The notes below the pieces were generated by a model, which had not been told where the DNA came from, ran no database searches, and saw only the letters and a program-made list of their open reading frames with translations. A stretch of 64,000 nt of DNA from a plasmid, in sequence record NZ_CP028351.1. One strand, given 5' to 3'. The translations under genes and the position numbers were made by a program. Each line of letters starts with the position of its first letter. Positions within the stretch are counted from its first letter, which is position 1. This document shows positions 1-11,828 of the stretch, in pieces.

Positions 1-143
1 CTCGTGAGGTAGTTCACTCTGTTACAGACGCAAGGAAAATAAAAAAATATATCCTCAACGATTGATTAAAGCCCTGCAGACGAAAGCCGATAAAAATAAT
101 CCAGTTCAAACCAGGTTCACACTTATTCTCTCCAGGGACGTTT

Positions 144-1798
144 ATGACTATTACACAGCGTCTGGTATTGATTTTCTCACTGCTTGCAATGTCACTGATT
201 GCACTGGTGATTATTCTTTATCAGTGATTTCGGGCTTTCAATCCGTTTTGAATACGTACAGGTGAATGCGATACCCAGCATTCGCGATCTCAACAAATCG
301 ATCAGTGTGACCAATCAGATAGGGATTGCTCTTTATCGCCACCAGAGCACTAACGATGCGACAAAACTCCCTGCTGCGGAAGAGCGCATTGAAAATCTGC
401 TTCAGCAGGTTAAGTCATTGAATGATTATTACATGGCGAATGACATCTCCAGTGATGAAGATAAGGCGATGACCGAGCAGGCCTATAAAAATCTGGATGC
501 GGTTCGCAGCGCATTGCCAGCTTTTCTTGCCGCATCACGCGCCATAATGATGCTGTCACGCTTCCGTTACTCCAGAGTGATAATGGTGTGGGTGCTGCTG
601 CCCGTAAAATGGAAGCGGATTTCACCCGTCAGATTCAGCTGAATATTGATATTGGCGAACAGCTCAGGGCTGAGAACAAGCGCATTTATTCGCAGACGCT
701 GTGGGCGATGTCTGGTGGTTCGCTGCTGCTTGTTCTGCTGCTGGCCGGTTTCTCCGCTAAGGTGATCCTTGGCATTAAAAGGAGCCTCTCAGGCATCGTC
801 AACACCATGACGCAGGTGAGTCATACGCTTGACCTGACCCATACCGCGGAAGTCAGCAGTAAGGATGAGATCGGCAAAACGGCGATGGCGTTTAACCAGT
901 TGCTGTCACGCGTTTCCGGCACGCTGCTTTCGGTCAGTCACGCCGCGCAATCGGTCAGTGCCGGATCCACGCAAATTGCTGCAGGTAACGAAGATCTTTC
1001 CGCGCGTACTGAAGAGCAGGCGGCATCACTGGAGCAGACAGCAGCCAGCATGGCGACGCTGAGCGAAACGGTTCGTCAGAACTCAGAAGGCGCGCATCAG
1101 GCCAGCAGCCTGGCGAATAACGCCAATGACATGTCGATCCAGAATGGCACGTCAGTGAAGCAGATGCTCAACACCATGGATGAAATCCGCGCCAGCTCTG
1201 CCAAAATTTCTGAAATCACCGGGCTGATCGAAGGCATCGCCTTCCAGACCAATATTCTGGCACTGAATGCGGCAGTCGAAGCAGCACGTGCAGGTGAACA
1301 TGGTCGCGGCTTTGCTGTGGTCGCGTCTGAAGTGCGTAATCTGGCGCAGCGTTCCTCGTCTGCCGCACGTGAAATCAAAGACCTTATCTCAACGTCGGTT
1401 TCACAGGTGGAGCACGGTTTAGAGCAGGCCAGCGGCGTGGGATCAAACAGTGAAAATGTCCGTCAGGCGATTCAGCAGGTAGCCGATCTGGTCAATGAAA
1501 TTGCCGCGGCGACGTCTGAGCAGAGCAAGGGCATTGAGCAGGTTCATCAGGCGATTGGCCAGATGGATGAGGTGACGCAACAGAACGCCTCGCTGGTTGA
1601 AGAGGCTTCATCCGCCTCTAAATCCCTGCAGGAGCAGGCAGAGACGCTGTCAGGCTGGTGGCGACCTTTACACTGGAGAGCAACCAGCGTGCCGCGCAGT
1701 CGCAACAAACTGCTGGTGTACGTCGTCCGGTATTGCAGGCGAAGCAGCCTGATCGCCACACCGTCGACATGACTCAGGCGAACTGGGAAAGTTTCTAA
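144..1798 (+). pseudogene. Methyl-accepting chemotaxis protein (Tar/Tsr-like, 4HB periplasmic sensor + HAMP + MCP signalling domain), disrupted by >=4 frameshifts
   Basis: ATG at 144 with AGGGA RBS. Opens with TM1 (MTITQRLVLIFSLLAMSLIALVIILYQ) then an in-frame TGA at 225. The reading frame hops 0->2->1->0 between 225 and 642 and shifts again near 1657. The body carries the MCP signalling signature ([40 protein letters not shown]) and ends in the CheR-docking pentapeptide NWESF* at 1781-1798, in a different frame from the body. Confidence 0.8.
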
Positions 1799-1819
1799 TC
1801 GCTGAGCAGTAAAATCCTG

Positions 1820-1847
1820 GCCTCCACACTGTGGGGGCTTTTTTTAT
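1820..1847 (+). terminator. Rho-independent terminator after the MCP pseudogene
   Basis: GCCTCCAC / GTGGGGGC stem of about 8 bp (one G-U pair), loop ACT, followed by TTTTTTTATCTTTT. Confidence 0.5.
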
Positions 1848-2351
1848 CTTTTATGAGCGAAATAAGAATAATTTTTATTTAAATAAAAATGAAATGAAAT
1901 CGATTTCATTTTTAAAATATGCTGATCAAATTAACTCTTTAGAGTGAGGTGAGACTGTATCGATATATACAAGAAAAGAGTTCGTCAGGGTTAATAGCGT
2001 AATGGAGATTGATTCGATACAGTGCGGATGTCTGTTATCGGCGATAGATGCATTAACTTGAATTTCTTTATTTTCATAACGGTGATGCTGAAGTCAGGCT
2101 TACGACTAAAAATGCTGATATGTGCATTATTATTTTATGTTATTGATATTTATAAATATTTTGAGATTTAGCTTAGGTGAAACTTGCAGTAAATATCGTC
2201 ATTTTATTCACTGTAAAATAACGTACCGCAATCTATACTCCTTTCTGCTGCGATATGCATTTCTGAAATTTCATACCAAACCCCTTTCTTCATAGCGTTA
2301 TTGCGCTGCATGAGGCGTCTCTGGCTATGTCAAAGAAAGGGTAAAAATAAT

Positions 2352-4336
2352 ATGACACGAGCAATTTTGTGCACTACTCACCTGCACGCCCCACACATCA
2401 GAGCGGAAAAGAATGAAAAAATACTCGACCGGATTAATTTGCCAGCAAAATTCCTGTTACTGGGAGCCTTTGCACTGGTGTTATTTATTTTACCTACCTT
2501 TCTGTTTATTCAGACAGGCAACCAGCTTATTGATACCAAAAAAGTCGAACTCACCGGTATTCCGGTTGAGAAAAAAGTCCTGCAGTTGCTGAACCTGCTG
2601 CAGCGCCATCGGGCGGAAAGCGCTATAGCGATTGGCCAGAACAAAATGGATAATCCGCCGCGCCTGTCCCTGGTCTCACAGATCAATAGCTTATCTGACA
2701 GCATTGCTGCCGATTTGCGTCAGAGCGATGAGCAGGCTCAGCCATTAAAGCGCCTTGAGCAGGTTAATCAGGAGTGGCGTCAACTGCAGGAAGATCTCAA
2801 TGGCGGCCGGCTGACCCTGGCGAGCAGCCTGACGCGGCATACTCATCTGATCCAGGTGCTCCTGGACACCAGTCAGGATGTACTGGATTTTTATCAGCTC
2901 TCGCTGGATGCCGATTTAAACACCTATCAGTTGATCGTCAGTATTTACAGCCGTCTGCCGCTGCTCACTGAAACCCTGGGTCAGATTCGCGGCAATGGTG
3001 CTTCGCTAATTGCCAGCGGTAAAGCATCGGATGCCGATCGCAGTCGTCTGGCATTTCAGATAGATAATGGCAAAACGGCCTTATCACAGTTCAGCGGCAA
3101 TATGGATAAGGTGTTCATGATTGAACCCGATCTTAAGACGACCTTTGGTGACCTGGCGGAGAATGCGAAACAGCAGGCCCTGAGTGCATTACAGCTGGCT
3201 GAGGGTGCCATTGTAACCGGACAGGTCAGCATTACCCGGTTGAATATGTACGGGTCTTAACTGAGGCGATCAACCGCTACGGCATGCTGAGTACCCAGAG
3301 CAGCGCCCGTTTGCAGGCGTTACTGCAATCGCAGATTGATACGCGTCGTCAGGCACAGTATCTGCTGCTGGCGGGTTTGCTGGCGATTGCCGTGCTGTCC
3401 ATCCTGCTGGCAGCTATGATCACCCGCTCTGTGACCCGCCCGGTCAAAGAAGCGGTCGAAGTGGCCAGTCGCGTCGCGGCGGGCGATCTGACAGCACAGC
3501 TGACGATTTCCGGCAGTAATGAAATGGCTGAACTGCTGAATGCGCTGATGCGGATGCAGCAGCGTCTTGCCCAGCTGGTTTCGGATATCAAAGGTAACGC
3601 CGCCACCATTGCCAACTCTTCAGAAGAGATTGCCCGAGGCAATGGTGATCTTTCGTCGCGCACCGAACAGCAGGCGGCTTCACTGGCTGAAACAGCGGCC
3701 AGTATGGAACAGCTGGCATCAATTATTCAGCAGAATGCGGATAACACCCGCTTTGCTTCTGATCGCGCAGAATCAGCGACGCAGGCGGCACTGTTAAGCG
3801 GCGCGGCGATGGATTCCGTGATGCAGACCATGCACAAAATCCGCGGCAGTTCGGGTCAGATTGAAGAGATCACCTCCGTGATCGACAGCATCGCTTTCCA
3901 GACCAATATTCTGGCACTAAACGCAGCGGTTGAAGCAGCGCGCGCCGGTGAGCAGGGCAAAGGTTTTGCGGTTGTCGCATCCGAAGTGCGGGCGCTGGCC
4001 CAGCGTTCAGCCAGTGCAGCAAAAGAGATCAAGAGCCTGATTGAGCAGTCGGTCTGTCACGCGCAGGAAGGGATTGCGATGGCGCAGAACGCAGGCGACA
4101 AAGTGAAGCAGAGCGTCAGTGCCATTGAACAGACCTCTCAGCTGATGCGTGATATCTCTTCTTCATCTGAGGAGCAGAGCAGTGGCATTTCGCAGGTCAA
4201 TATTGCGGTGAACCAGATGGATCAGGTGACGCAGCAGAACGCCGTGCTGGTGGAAGAGTCGGCCTCCTCTGCTGATGAGCTTGCCGCACGCGCAGGGCAG
4301 TTACGTACCATGGTTGCGGTGTTCCAGACAGCATAA
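2352..4336 (+). pseudogene. Second methyl-accepting chemotaxis protein (TM + 4HB sensor + HAMP + MCP domain), split by a frameshift near 3235-3285
   Basis: ORFs 2301..3260 (frame 0: TM1 plus ligand-binding domain, ending ITRLNMYGS*) and 3284..4336 (frame 2: TM2 [85 protein letters not shown]). Frame 2 reads on upstream as ...[17 protein letters not shown], so one gene is broken by an indel. ATG at 2352. Confidence 0.75.
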
Positions 4337-4346
4337 TAGTGTTAAA

Positions 4347-4371
4347 ACAGCCGCCACCTGTGGGCGGCTGT
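4347..4371. terminator. Bidirectional hairpin terminator between the convergent MCP and MBL pseudogenes
   Basis: ACAGCCGCC / GGCGGCTGT 9-bp stem with a 7-nt loop. T-rich on the plus side (TATTCTCTC) and TTTTAAC on the minus side. Confidence 0.5.
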
Positions 4372-4388
4372 TATTCTCTCAACGCCTG

Positions 4389-5188
4389 CTACGCCTGATG
4401 ATCCTGCAGACAGGCCAGATAAGTTTCTCCCGACCGCATCACTTTCTCTTTCGCCTGCTCACGAATTTCCTGACCTTCAAACGCGCCATAAAGCTGCCTG
4501 AATGTTACGTCATCAAGCCGATGCAGGATGTCGCCTACTGTGGCGGCTGACAGTGGCAGCATATTTGGGTAGCTCCACATAAACGACACGCCATGCGCAC
4601 CCGGCGTGACCTGAATGATATCACCCGCCAGCATCACCCCTTCGCCCTCGTCCCAGTGCAGCACGCTGCCACCTGGAAAGTGGCCGCCCAGCCGTAACAA
4701 CGTTACACCCGGCATCAGCGCCAGTGAATCCCCCTCCCAGAACCGGATATACGGGCTTTCCCGGACAATCCATTGCCGATCTCGGGCATGCAGATGCAGG
4801 GGCGCATTAAACGCCTCTGCCCACTCCTGCATGGTGGTGTAGTAGTGCGGATGAGAAATTGCGATAGCATCAATGCCGCCCAGCGCCGCGATTAGCGTGT
4901 ACGTGGCGTCATCAAGGTTAGCGATGCAATCCCAGAGCACGTTGCCGTGCGGCGTACGCAGCAAAAAGGCACGCTGATTAATGGCAAATTCAGGCACCGT
5001 TTTAAGACTTAACAACGCATCGCTGTGGGCCGTCCACTTATTCGCGTGGCTGGTGCGCAGCGCGTCAAACGCGATCCAGCCCTGACCCGCAGCCGGAACG
5101 TACTGACGTTCATCCTCACAGATTTTACAGTGCTGATTCGGGCATCAGAGGGATAAGCCGTCCCGCAGGCGGTACATACCATCGTCAT
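4389..5188 (-). pseudogene. MBL-fold metallo-hydrolase with N-terminal Cys-rich zinc-ribbon motif; single frameshift near 5135-5150
   Basis: ATG at 5188 with AAGGAG RBS. It encodes MTMVCTACGTAYP, then an in-frame stop. The +1 frame continues CPNQHCKICEDERQYVPAAGQGWIAFDAL... into ORF 4389..5015, which carries the HPHYY metal-binding motif and the MBL fold. Confidence 0.7.
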
Positions 5189-5265
5189 GGTGATCTCCTT
5201 TGTCTCACTCAAGCTTATGCACACCTGCGAAAACCGCACTTTCCTGACGTAATTTCGTCACGCGA

Positions 5266-6381
5266 TTACCGCTGGCGGCGCAGCGTAATCCGCGTCAGTT
5301 CGGAGGGGCGGCCCAGCCTGACCGCCATGCCCGGCCAGAGTGCCGTGCCGTTATTCACATAGAGCTGCATTCCGCCAACCTGATAAAGCCCGGACACAAA
5401 CCCGGCGTTGGGTTTAGCAAACAGCCGGTCCAGTCCGATAATCAGCCCGCCATGCGTATGCCCTGAAAGCTGCACATCCACGCCCTGCGCCGCGTTCTGA
5501 CGGGCATTGCGCGGCTGATGATCCAGCAGGATCACCGGTGCGTTTTCAGGTGCCTGCGCCAGCGCGCGGGTCAGGTCGGGGCCGGTTGCATTTCTGCCGG
5601 GTGCGGAGGCATCTGGCAGACCGGCAATCACCAGCTTTTCCGCACCGCGCTGGATGACGGTATGGCTGTTGAGCAGCGGCTGCAGCCCCAGTGACGCCAG
5701 GTGGGCCGTCCAGACTGTCTGATGGAAGAAATATTCGTGGTTACCGGTAATCGCCCATACGCCATCACGGGCTGCCAGCCCACGCAGCGGCGCGACGTCA
5801 TGCCGCCTGTGTTCCAGGCTGCCATCGATCACATCGCCCGTTACCACAATCAGATCGGCGTTGAGAGACATCGCGCGCTCAACCATCGCGGCGGTCCAGG
5901 CCGCATTAAACAACCGGGTGATATGCAGGTCAGTCAGCTGCAACAACTGATAGCCCTCGAACTCAGCGGGCAGGTTGGGCAGGACTAGTGTTACCTCTTT
6001 GACTGGCGGCACGCGTATCGCCTGCTGTACCCCAACGGCAGCCAGCACCATCGCCAGCACCACAGCCAGATAGCGAACACCGGGCACCAGCTCCAGCGGA
6101 TGCCGCAACAGCAGCGCGATCAGCATTACCGCATCCATCAGCATCTGGAGCAGCGCCAGCAGCAGCACGGTGCTGTACGCCCAGTTAAACAGGATGATAA
6201 TAATGCGAGGCATTTCGGCGGAGAAAATACCGCCCGACGTAAAGCGGCTTACCAGCAGATATTGTGAGGCCAGTAAAACCAGTGCGGAGAGCAGGATCTT
6301 GATGGCCAGTGGCAGGGATAAGGGAATGATGACGCGCGCAATAACATACCAGCTGGGTAAGCTGAAAATCAGGTGAAACAT
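5266..6381 (-). CDS. Membrane-anchored metallophosphoesterase (calcineurin-like phosphoesterase, 4 N-terminal TM helices)
   Basis: 371 aa. GGAAG RBS 6 nt before the ATG. Motifs TDLHI, VVTGDVIDG, GNHEY and GHTHGG are typical of the metallophosphoesterase family. Confidence 0.7.
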   Translation of the reverse strand: MFHLIFSLPSWYVIARVIIPLSLPLAIKILLSALVLLASQYLLVSRFTSGGIFSAEMPRIIIILFNWAYSTVLLLALLQMLMDAVMLIALLLRHPLELVPGVRYLAVVLAMVLAAVGVQQAIRVPPVKEVTLVLPNLPAEFEGYQLLQLTDLHITRLFNAAWTAAMVERAMSLNADLIVVTGDVIDGSLEHRRHDVAPLRGLAARDGVWAITGNHEYFFHQTVWTAHLASLGLQPLLNSHTVIQRGAEKLVIAGLPDASAPGRNATGPDLTRALAQAPENAPVILLDHQPRNARQNAAQGVDVQLSGHTHGGLIIGLDRLFAKPNAGFVSGLYQVGGMQLYVNNGTALWPGMAVRLGRPSELTRITLRRQR

Positions 6382-6621
6382 GGCAGTCTTCCGGTAGGGC
6401 GCTGAACGTCAGCGCAGGCAAAAAAGAGACGATCGTTTATAGAGCTGTTTTCAGCACATCAGTGTATACGATGCTGCCGTTCGGGTTACTTCGCGCGGGG
6501 TGCTTTACGGGTGATAAAACAGCTGGAGGGCCGAAAAAAGGGTGCCGGCAGGCCGACAAGCAAAAACAGCGTGACCGGAACACCGGCCACGCTGGCAATA
6601 TTAACTCTCTTGCAAGTCAGA

Positions 6622-8956
6622 CTAGCGAAGAATACCTGAGGTGGTGTGCGTCTCGTCGGTTACGCGCGTCATAGCAATCGGAATACTTTTATAGGCGGGA
6701 ATGCCGCTTTTGGTATCGTGGCTATCGAGCGGAACCATCACATTGGCCTCCGGGTAGTAAGCGCCGACTGAACCAGGTGCCATATCAATAATCACGATGG
6801 TCAGGTTTTTCATCTGACGCGAGGTGGATTACCCTCCGGATCCAGCGCCATGAGATCGACACGGTCACCCACCCGCAGCTCTCGTTTCTCCGCCTCTTCC
6901 GCATTGATAAACAGCACATCGCGGCGGCCGTCACGCCACGATAGCGGTCATTCAGTCCGTACAGCGTGGTGTTGTACTGATCGTGACTGCGCAGGGTGGT
7001 GAGCACCAGATCATGGCACTTCAGCGAGCGGGGATCTTCGTTGATGCCCTGCATTACTTTAAATTGCGCACGACCGGAAGGCGTGAGCCAGACGCGTTCT
7101 GATGCGGCGTTATGGAGCCGGAAACCACCCGGATGCTTAATCCGCTCGTTGAAGTTTTCGAAAGCCGGGAACACGGCTTCAATGGCATCACGGATAAGGC
7201 TGTAATCGGCGACCATGGCTGACCAGTCAACCACGCTGTCTGGCAGGGTTGCCTTAGCGAGTGAGGCGACCAGCGCCGGTTCAGATTTCAGATGGGGTGA
7301 AGCCGGGTTCAGCGAACCGCGCGAGGCGTGTACCATCGACATGGAATCTTCAACGGTCACACTTTGCGCGCCGGTCGCCTGAACATCGGTCTCAGTCCGG
7401 CCCAGCACCGGCAGCAGATAGTTATGTTTTCCGAGTAACAGGTGTGAGCGATTCAGCTTGGTGGCCATATGCACTACCAGATCTAAATTACGCATGGCCG
7501 GGAATGTCACCTGTGGATCGGAGATTGCCTCTGCCAGGTTACCGCCCAGACAGAGCAGCGCTTTGGCTTTACCATCGCGCATCGCCTTGATCGCCTCGAC
7601 AGCGCCGTGACCATGTTCCTGTGGCGGACGGAAACCAAAGACCTTTTCAATGCTATCCAGCAGCGACTGCGGCGGGATCTCAGTGATGCCCACTGTGCGG
7701 TCACCCTGAACATTGGAGTGACCGCGTAACGGACAGATCCCGCACCCGGCTTACCGATGTTGCCGCGCATCAGCAGCAGGTTCGCGATTTGCTGGACGTT
7801 CTGCGTGCCGTACTGATGCTGGGTAATTCCCATGCCATAACAGATGATGGTCCGTTCAGCGCTGGCGTAGAGCCGGGCGATATGCTGGATCTCCTCACGC
7901 GCCATGCCGGAGACTTTGAGGATGTGCGCCCAGTCGGTGCTTTCCAGGTCAGCTTTCAGGGCATCAAAGCCTTCGGTGTGCTCGTTAATAAACGCTTCAT
8001 CGATGACGCCGGGTTTGCCATGGCTCAATGCTCCTCGTGCAGGGTGAGCAGGATCTTCATCACGCCTTTGAGCATCGCCGCGTCGCCGCCCACCCGCACT
8101 TTGTAATAGGTCGAAGCCAGCTCAGTAGAGCTCATTGAGAGCATCTCAATCGGACTCTGCGGCGAGGTAAAGCGTTCCAGCCCGCGCTCACGCAGCGGGT
8201 TGATCGCCACAATGGTGGCACCGCGCTTAGAGACTTCCCGCAGCGTGCCGAGCATGCGTGGATGGTTGGTGCCAGGGTTATGACCGATGCAGAGCACCAG
8301 ATCGCAGTGGTCAAAATCCTCCAGCTCTACCGTACCTTTGCCGACGCCAATCGACTCCGGCAGTCCGACGCTGGTCGGTTCATGACACATGTTTGAGCAG
8401 TCGGGGAAATTGTTGGTGCCATATTCGCGGGCGAAGAGCTGCCACAGAAACGCCGCTTCATTTGAGGCGCGGCCCGACGTATAAAACTCCACGCTATCGG
8501 ATCCTCATAGCTACGCAGATGCTCACCAATCTCCTGGAACGCCGTCTCCCACTCGATGGGCTGATAGGTGTCGGTAGTGGGATCGTACTTCATGGGATGG
8601 GTCAGCCGTCCCTCGCCCTCCAGATGCAGTGCGCTGCGCTCCCACAGTTCGGTCACGGTATGAGCAGCAAAAAATTCCGGAGTGGTGCGCTTGCTGGTGG
8701 CTTCCCACGAGACGGCTTTTGCGCCGTTTTCGCAGAACTCAAAGGATGAGGCATGCTGCGGGTCGGGCCAGGCACAGCCCGGACAGTCAAAGCCCTGCGG
8801 CTGATTAACTTTAAACAGGGCAATCACATCCTGCTTTACTGACATCTGGCCACGGATCGCATCGGCAACCGCCTTTAGTGCGCCCCAGCCACCGGCGGCA
8901 CCACCATAAGGGGCGATGCCATTTGTGCGATTTTGCTCTTTCATAATGCTCCACAT
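6622..8956 (-). pseudogene. ydeP: FdhF/YdeP-family molybdopterin oxidoreductase, decayed by at least 6 frameshifts
   Basis: Five ORF fragments (8327..8956, 8025..8492, 7507..8028, 6785..7693, 6622..6813) run colinear with E. coli YdeP. Recalled matching segments: [146 protein letters not shown] further frame hop near 6940 recovers FGRRDVLFINAEEAEKRELRVGDRVDLMALDPEGNPPRV. Confidence 0.85.
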
Positions 8957-9470
8957 TGTCTCTATTGTTATTGGCTAAGCCTGGTACATAAAAAGGAACA
9001 GCAACGTGGATTCTGGCTATTATTCAGCGAAATTTTTTCTCAAAATGTTTCGGTGTGGCCGTGCGCTCTGTTTTTCTGGTATGAAATAAGCGTGAGGGTC
9101 ACGCAATAATAAACGAGACGGCCGTGTGCGATCCCCTGGGAAATTTATCAGGAACAGCAAAGCTGTTATGACTGGCAATAAATGGATTTTAAGTAACGTA
9201 TTGTTATAAAAGAATAATAATGCGGTGGTGATTCTGTGGTATCTAAATAATTTGATTTCTTGCAGGTAAAGTCATTACGGTTAATATTTCCATCTGTACG
9301 CTAAAAAAAAGAATATTCACAACGGTATTATTAGCGTAGCGGGAGTCGGGTAAATATAACGGGTCGTTATTACCGCACAAATTAATAAGCCGTTCTGGTA
9401 TTTAAACTATCGTTCAGCCGGTATCTGTACACATCATGAGACAGCGCCATTGCCCGTCGCTGCTGGCCGA

Positions 9471-9812
9471 TCAGGAGAGGTCAGTACGATCGCCTCGTGT
9501 TGTCGGATGAGAAATTACAATAAATTCTACTGGCGCATCGCTGTTATTTCTGGCCTGGTGTTTAGCGTGTGGCGGAATTTCGATTCCCTGTTGCGCACTG
9601 ATATCATGCACTTCGCCCTCCAGTTCCATCGACAGCACGCCCTGAAGAACAAAGAAAAACTGCCGGGATGAAGCATGATAGTGTCTTTTTTCACGGGTGC
9701 CGGGCGGCATTTTTTCATGAATGACTAACATATCTTTGCGGTTCATCAGATACCAGCCATCACACCCGTCCCCCCAGCTATAGTGTTCTGCATTCTCTTT
9801 TGAAATCATCAT
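9471..9812 (-). CDS. Cupin domain protein
   Basis: 113 aa. A two-His cupin motif (HYHASSRQFFFVLQG ... HAKH) and size typical of small cupins. Confidence 0.55.
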   Translation of the reverse strand: MMISKENAEHYSWGDGCDGWYLMNRKDMLVIHEKMPPGTREKRHYHASSRQFFFVLQGVLSMELEGEVHDISAQQGIEIPPHAKHQARNNSDAPVEFIVISHPTTRGDRTDLS

Positions 9813-10010
9813 TCTGCGCTCTGGTTATTATTGAAAAGTCTGAAGCCCTGACTAACTATACAAGGCCAGGTTACTGGCCCTCAATTTTTAGTGTCGGTAA
9901 TAACTTTAATGTACTTTAACTCTGCTGATAACTTAACTGGGGATGACCCGCCAATGGCGTGTCGTGGATTGAGCGGCGCACACCTGACAGGCTGTAACGG
10001 AGGATGAGAT

Positions 10011-10749
10011 ATGCAATGGTGGGATCAGGAGAGATTTAACGTTCGTCTTGAGTGGGGCGATGCTGCTGTCCGCTACGCGGCAAAAGACGTGGAGTGCATC
10101 ATTATCGTCGATGTGATGTCCTTCTCTACCTGTGTCAGCCTGGCGGTCGATAACGGAGCACAGGTTTATCCTTATCCATGGAAAGATGCATCTGCCATCG
10201 GTTTTGCAAACAACATCGGCGCACGACTCGCCAGCTACGACAGACTGTCTGACGCAGGCGGTTTTAGTCTCTCTCCGGCCTCGATTCAGAAAATAGAACA
10301 GGGCGAGAAGCTGGTTCTGCCGTCTCCCAATGGATCAGCGATTTCATTCCTGGCCCGTGATAGGGTTGCGGGCGTCACTGTATTCAGCGGCTGTTTCAGG
10401 AATCTCACGCAGACAGCAAAGGCCTGTCGCAACTTCGGGCGTATTCTGGTTATCCCCCTGTGGAGAGCGCTGGCCCGATGGCACGCTTCGCCCGGCCATA
10501 GAGGACTATGCTGCAGCCGGTGGCATTATTGCAGCCATCGGGCATGACCGTTGCTCCCCTGAAGCAGCAGGCGCGGTTGCCGCCTGGCAGCAGCTGAATC
10601 TGTTATCTCTTCGCGAATGCGCTTCAGCCCTGGAACTTCAACAGCGCGGATTTCAGGAGGATGTCGATCTCTGTCTGGATCTGGATAGCGCAACGCGGGC
10701 CTGCCAGTTGCAGGGCGATTTTTATGCGGCAGGTCCGGAACGGGGCTGA
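10011..10749 (+). pseudogene. 2-phosphosulfolactate phosphatase (ComB)-family protein, one frameshift near 10430-10470
   Basis: ATG at 10011 behind a GGAGG RBS. ORF 10011..10547 reads ...IIIVDVMSFSTCVSLAVDNGAQVYP...LPSPNGSAISF. The C-terminal half continues in ORF 10330..10749 (frame +1: ...GGIIAAIGHDRCSPEAAGAVAAW...). Confidence 0.5.
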
Positions 10750-10793
10750 GCCTGTCAGCTCGTTGTTGTCCTGACAGGCTCAACATTCAGCGG

Positions 10794-11141
10794 TTACTTC
10801 TTCTTATTCAGCATCGACTTCAGGTCAGCAAACGGATTGTAGGTCGCTTCACCCACATCTTTTTGTGCATCCTCGCCAGCCACCACGCGGGTGCCATACT
10901 GGTCAGCCTCAGTGTACTTTGAGTGCTCGTGATCGTGACAATAGAGACACAACAATTCCCAGTTGCTGCCATCTTCCGGATTATTAGTGTGGTCGTGATC
11001 GATATGGTGAACCGTCAGCTCGCGCAGATTTGAATAAACAAATTCTCGTGAGCAGCGCCCACACACCCACGGATAGATTTTAAGTGCTTTCTCACGGTAG
11101 CCGCTTTCCAGCCGCGAATAGTTTTTGGGGATCAGAGCCAT
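10794..11141 (-). CDS. yajD: HNH nuclease family protein YajD
   Basis: 115 aa, near-identical to recalled E. coli YajD (MA.IPKNY.RLESGYREKALKIYPWVCGRCSREFVYSNLRELTVHHIDHDHTNNPEDGSNWELLCLYCHDHEHSKYTEADQYG...). Confidence 0.9.
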   Translation of the reverse strand: MALIPKNYSRLESGYREKALKIYPWVCGRCSREFVYSNLRELTVHHIDHDHTNNPEDGSNWELLCLYCHDHEHSKYTEADQYGTRVVAGEDAQKDVGEATYNPFADLKSMLNKKK

Positions 11142-11375
11142 TGCCGTTATTACCTGTTTTGCAGAGGTGTGTTCACGATAGTGCAGCCACTATATCCCAC
11201 AACGGAACCCGAGGAGAAATACTCCTGTTACGTGGGAAGAAAGGCTGACAAGCTTAAAGCGATCACCGGCAACTACCCGCGACTGAAAACTTATCCTGTT
11301 GCCCGCGCCAGCCTTACCTATCAGCAGCATGGCGTAAGAAACATGATTATTTACCGCTTTGCTTTAAATTCCACG

Positions 11376-11543
11376 CTAAATGTAGTGCCGCACGCCATAA
11401 ACCGCCCAGAAAATCGCGTTAGCTCCCAGATAAATCCAGCATCCCCAGTAGGCAATAGGTTCACGGCGGGTGCGGAGTTTGGGCAGGAAGATCAGTAAAT
11501 AGAGAGCAGAGGCGATAAGTGAAACGAAGTAGAAAAATTTCAT
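11376..11543 (-). CDS. Small hydrophobic membrane protein (55 aa), function unknown
   Basis: ATG at 11543 behind GGAGAGAACA. MKFFYFVSLIASALYLLIFLPKLRTRREPIAYWGCWIYLGANAIFWAVYGVRHYI has two predicted TM helices. The ORF track only shows it inside a longer alternative-start ORF. Confidence 0.4.
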   Translation of the reverse strand: MKFFYFVSLIASALYLLIFLPKLRTRREPIAYWGCWIYLGANAIFWAVYGVRHYI

Positions 11544-11828
11544 TGTTCTCTCCTGGTTAATATCCTTTATTTCAGGATAGTCAGGGATGACCATTTTGCT
11601 CAGTGCATCATCAGATGCATTCCACACCGAGGTTTTTGGCAACCACGCCGGAAGTGACCCGTTCTGGCTGCTACAAAGCGAACTGGCGGCACAATGTCGC
11701 GATCGGCCCGGTTCAGGAAAAGATAACGTCAGGATGTTTAACCGGATGTAACAACCTATAATCAACGCAGTTTGTTGACCTGCAGGAATGCAGGTCTTGC
11801 ACCCGCCCCAAAGGAAGAGATCCCGCTG

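Noticed and set aside
144-10749. Uniform sequencing error as the cause of all frameshifts
   Set aside because: The frameshifts are concentrated in about 7 kb of specific genes, while about 35 kb of other coding sequence (acrD-like, feoB, arn operon, sulfur cluster) has none. Random indel error would not spare 3-kb genes.
11169-11498. 109-aa plus-strand ORF between yajD and the acrD-like gene
   Set aside because: It overlaps the better-supported 55-aa membrane protein gene on the opposite strand, which has a GGAGAG RBS, and itself has no RBS or family resemblance.
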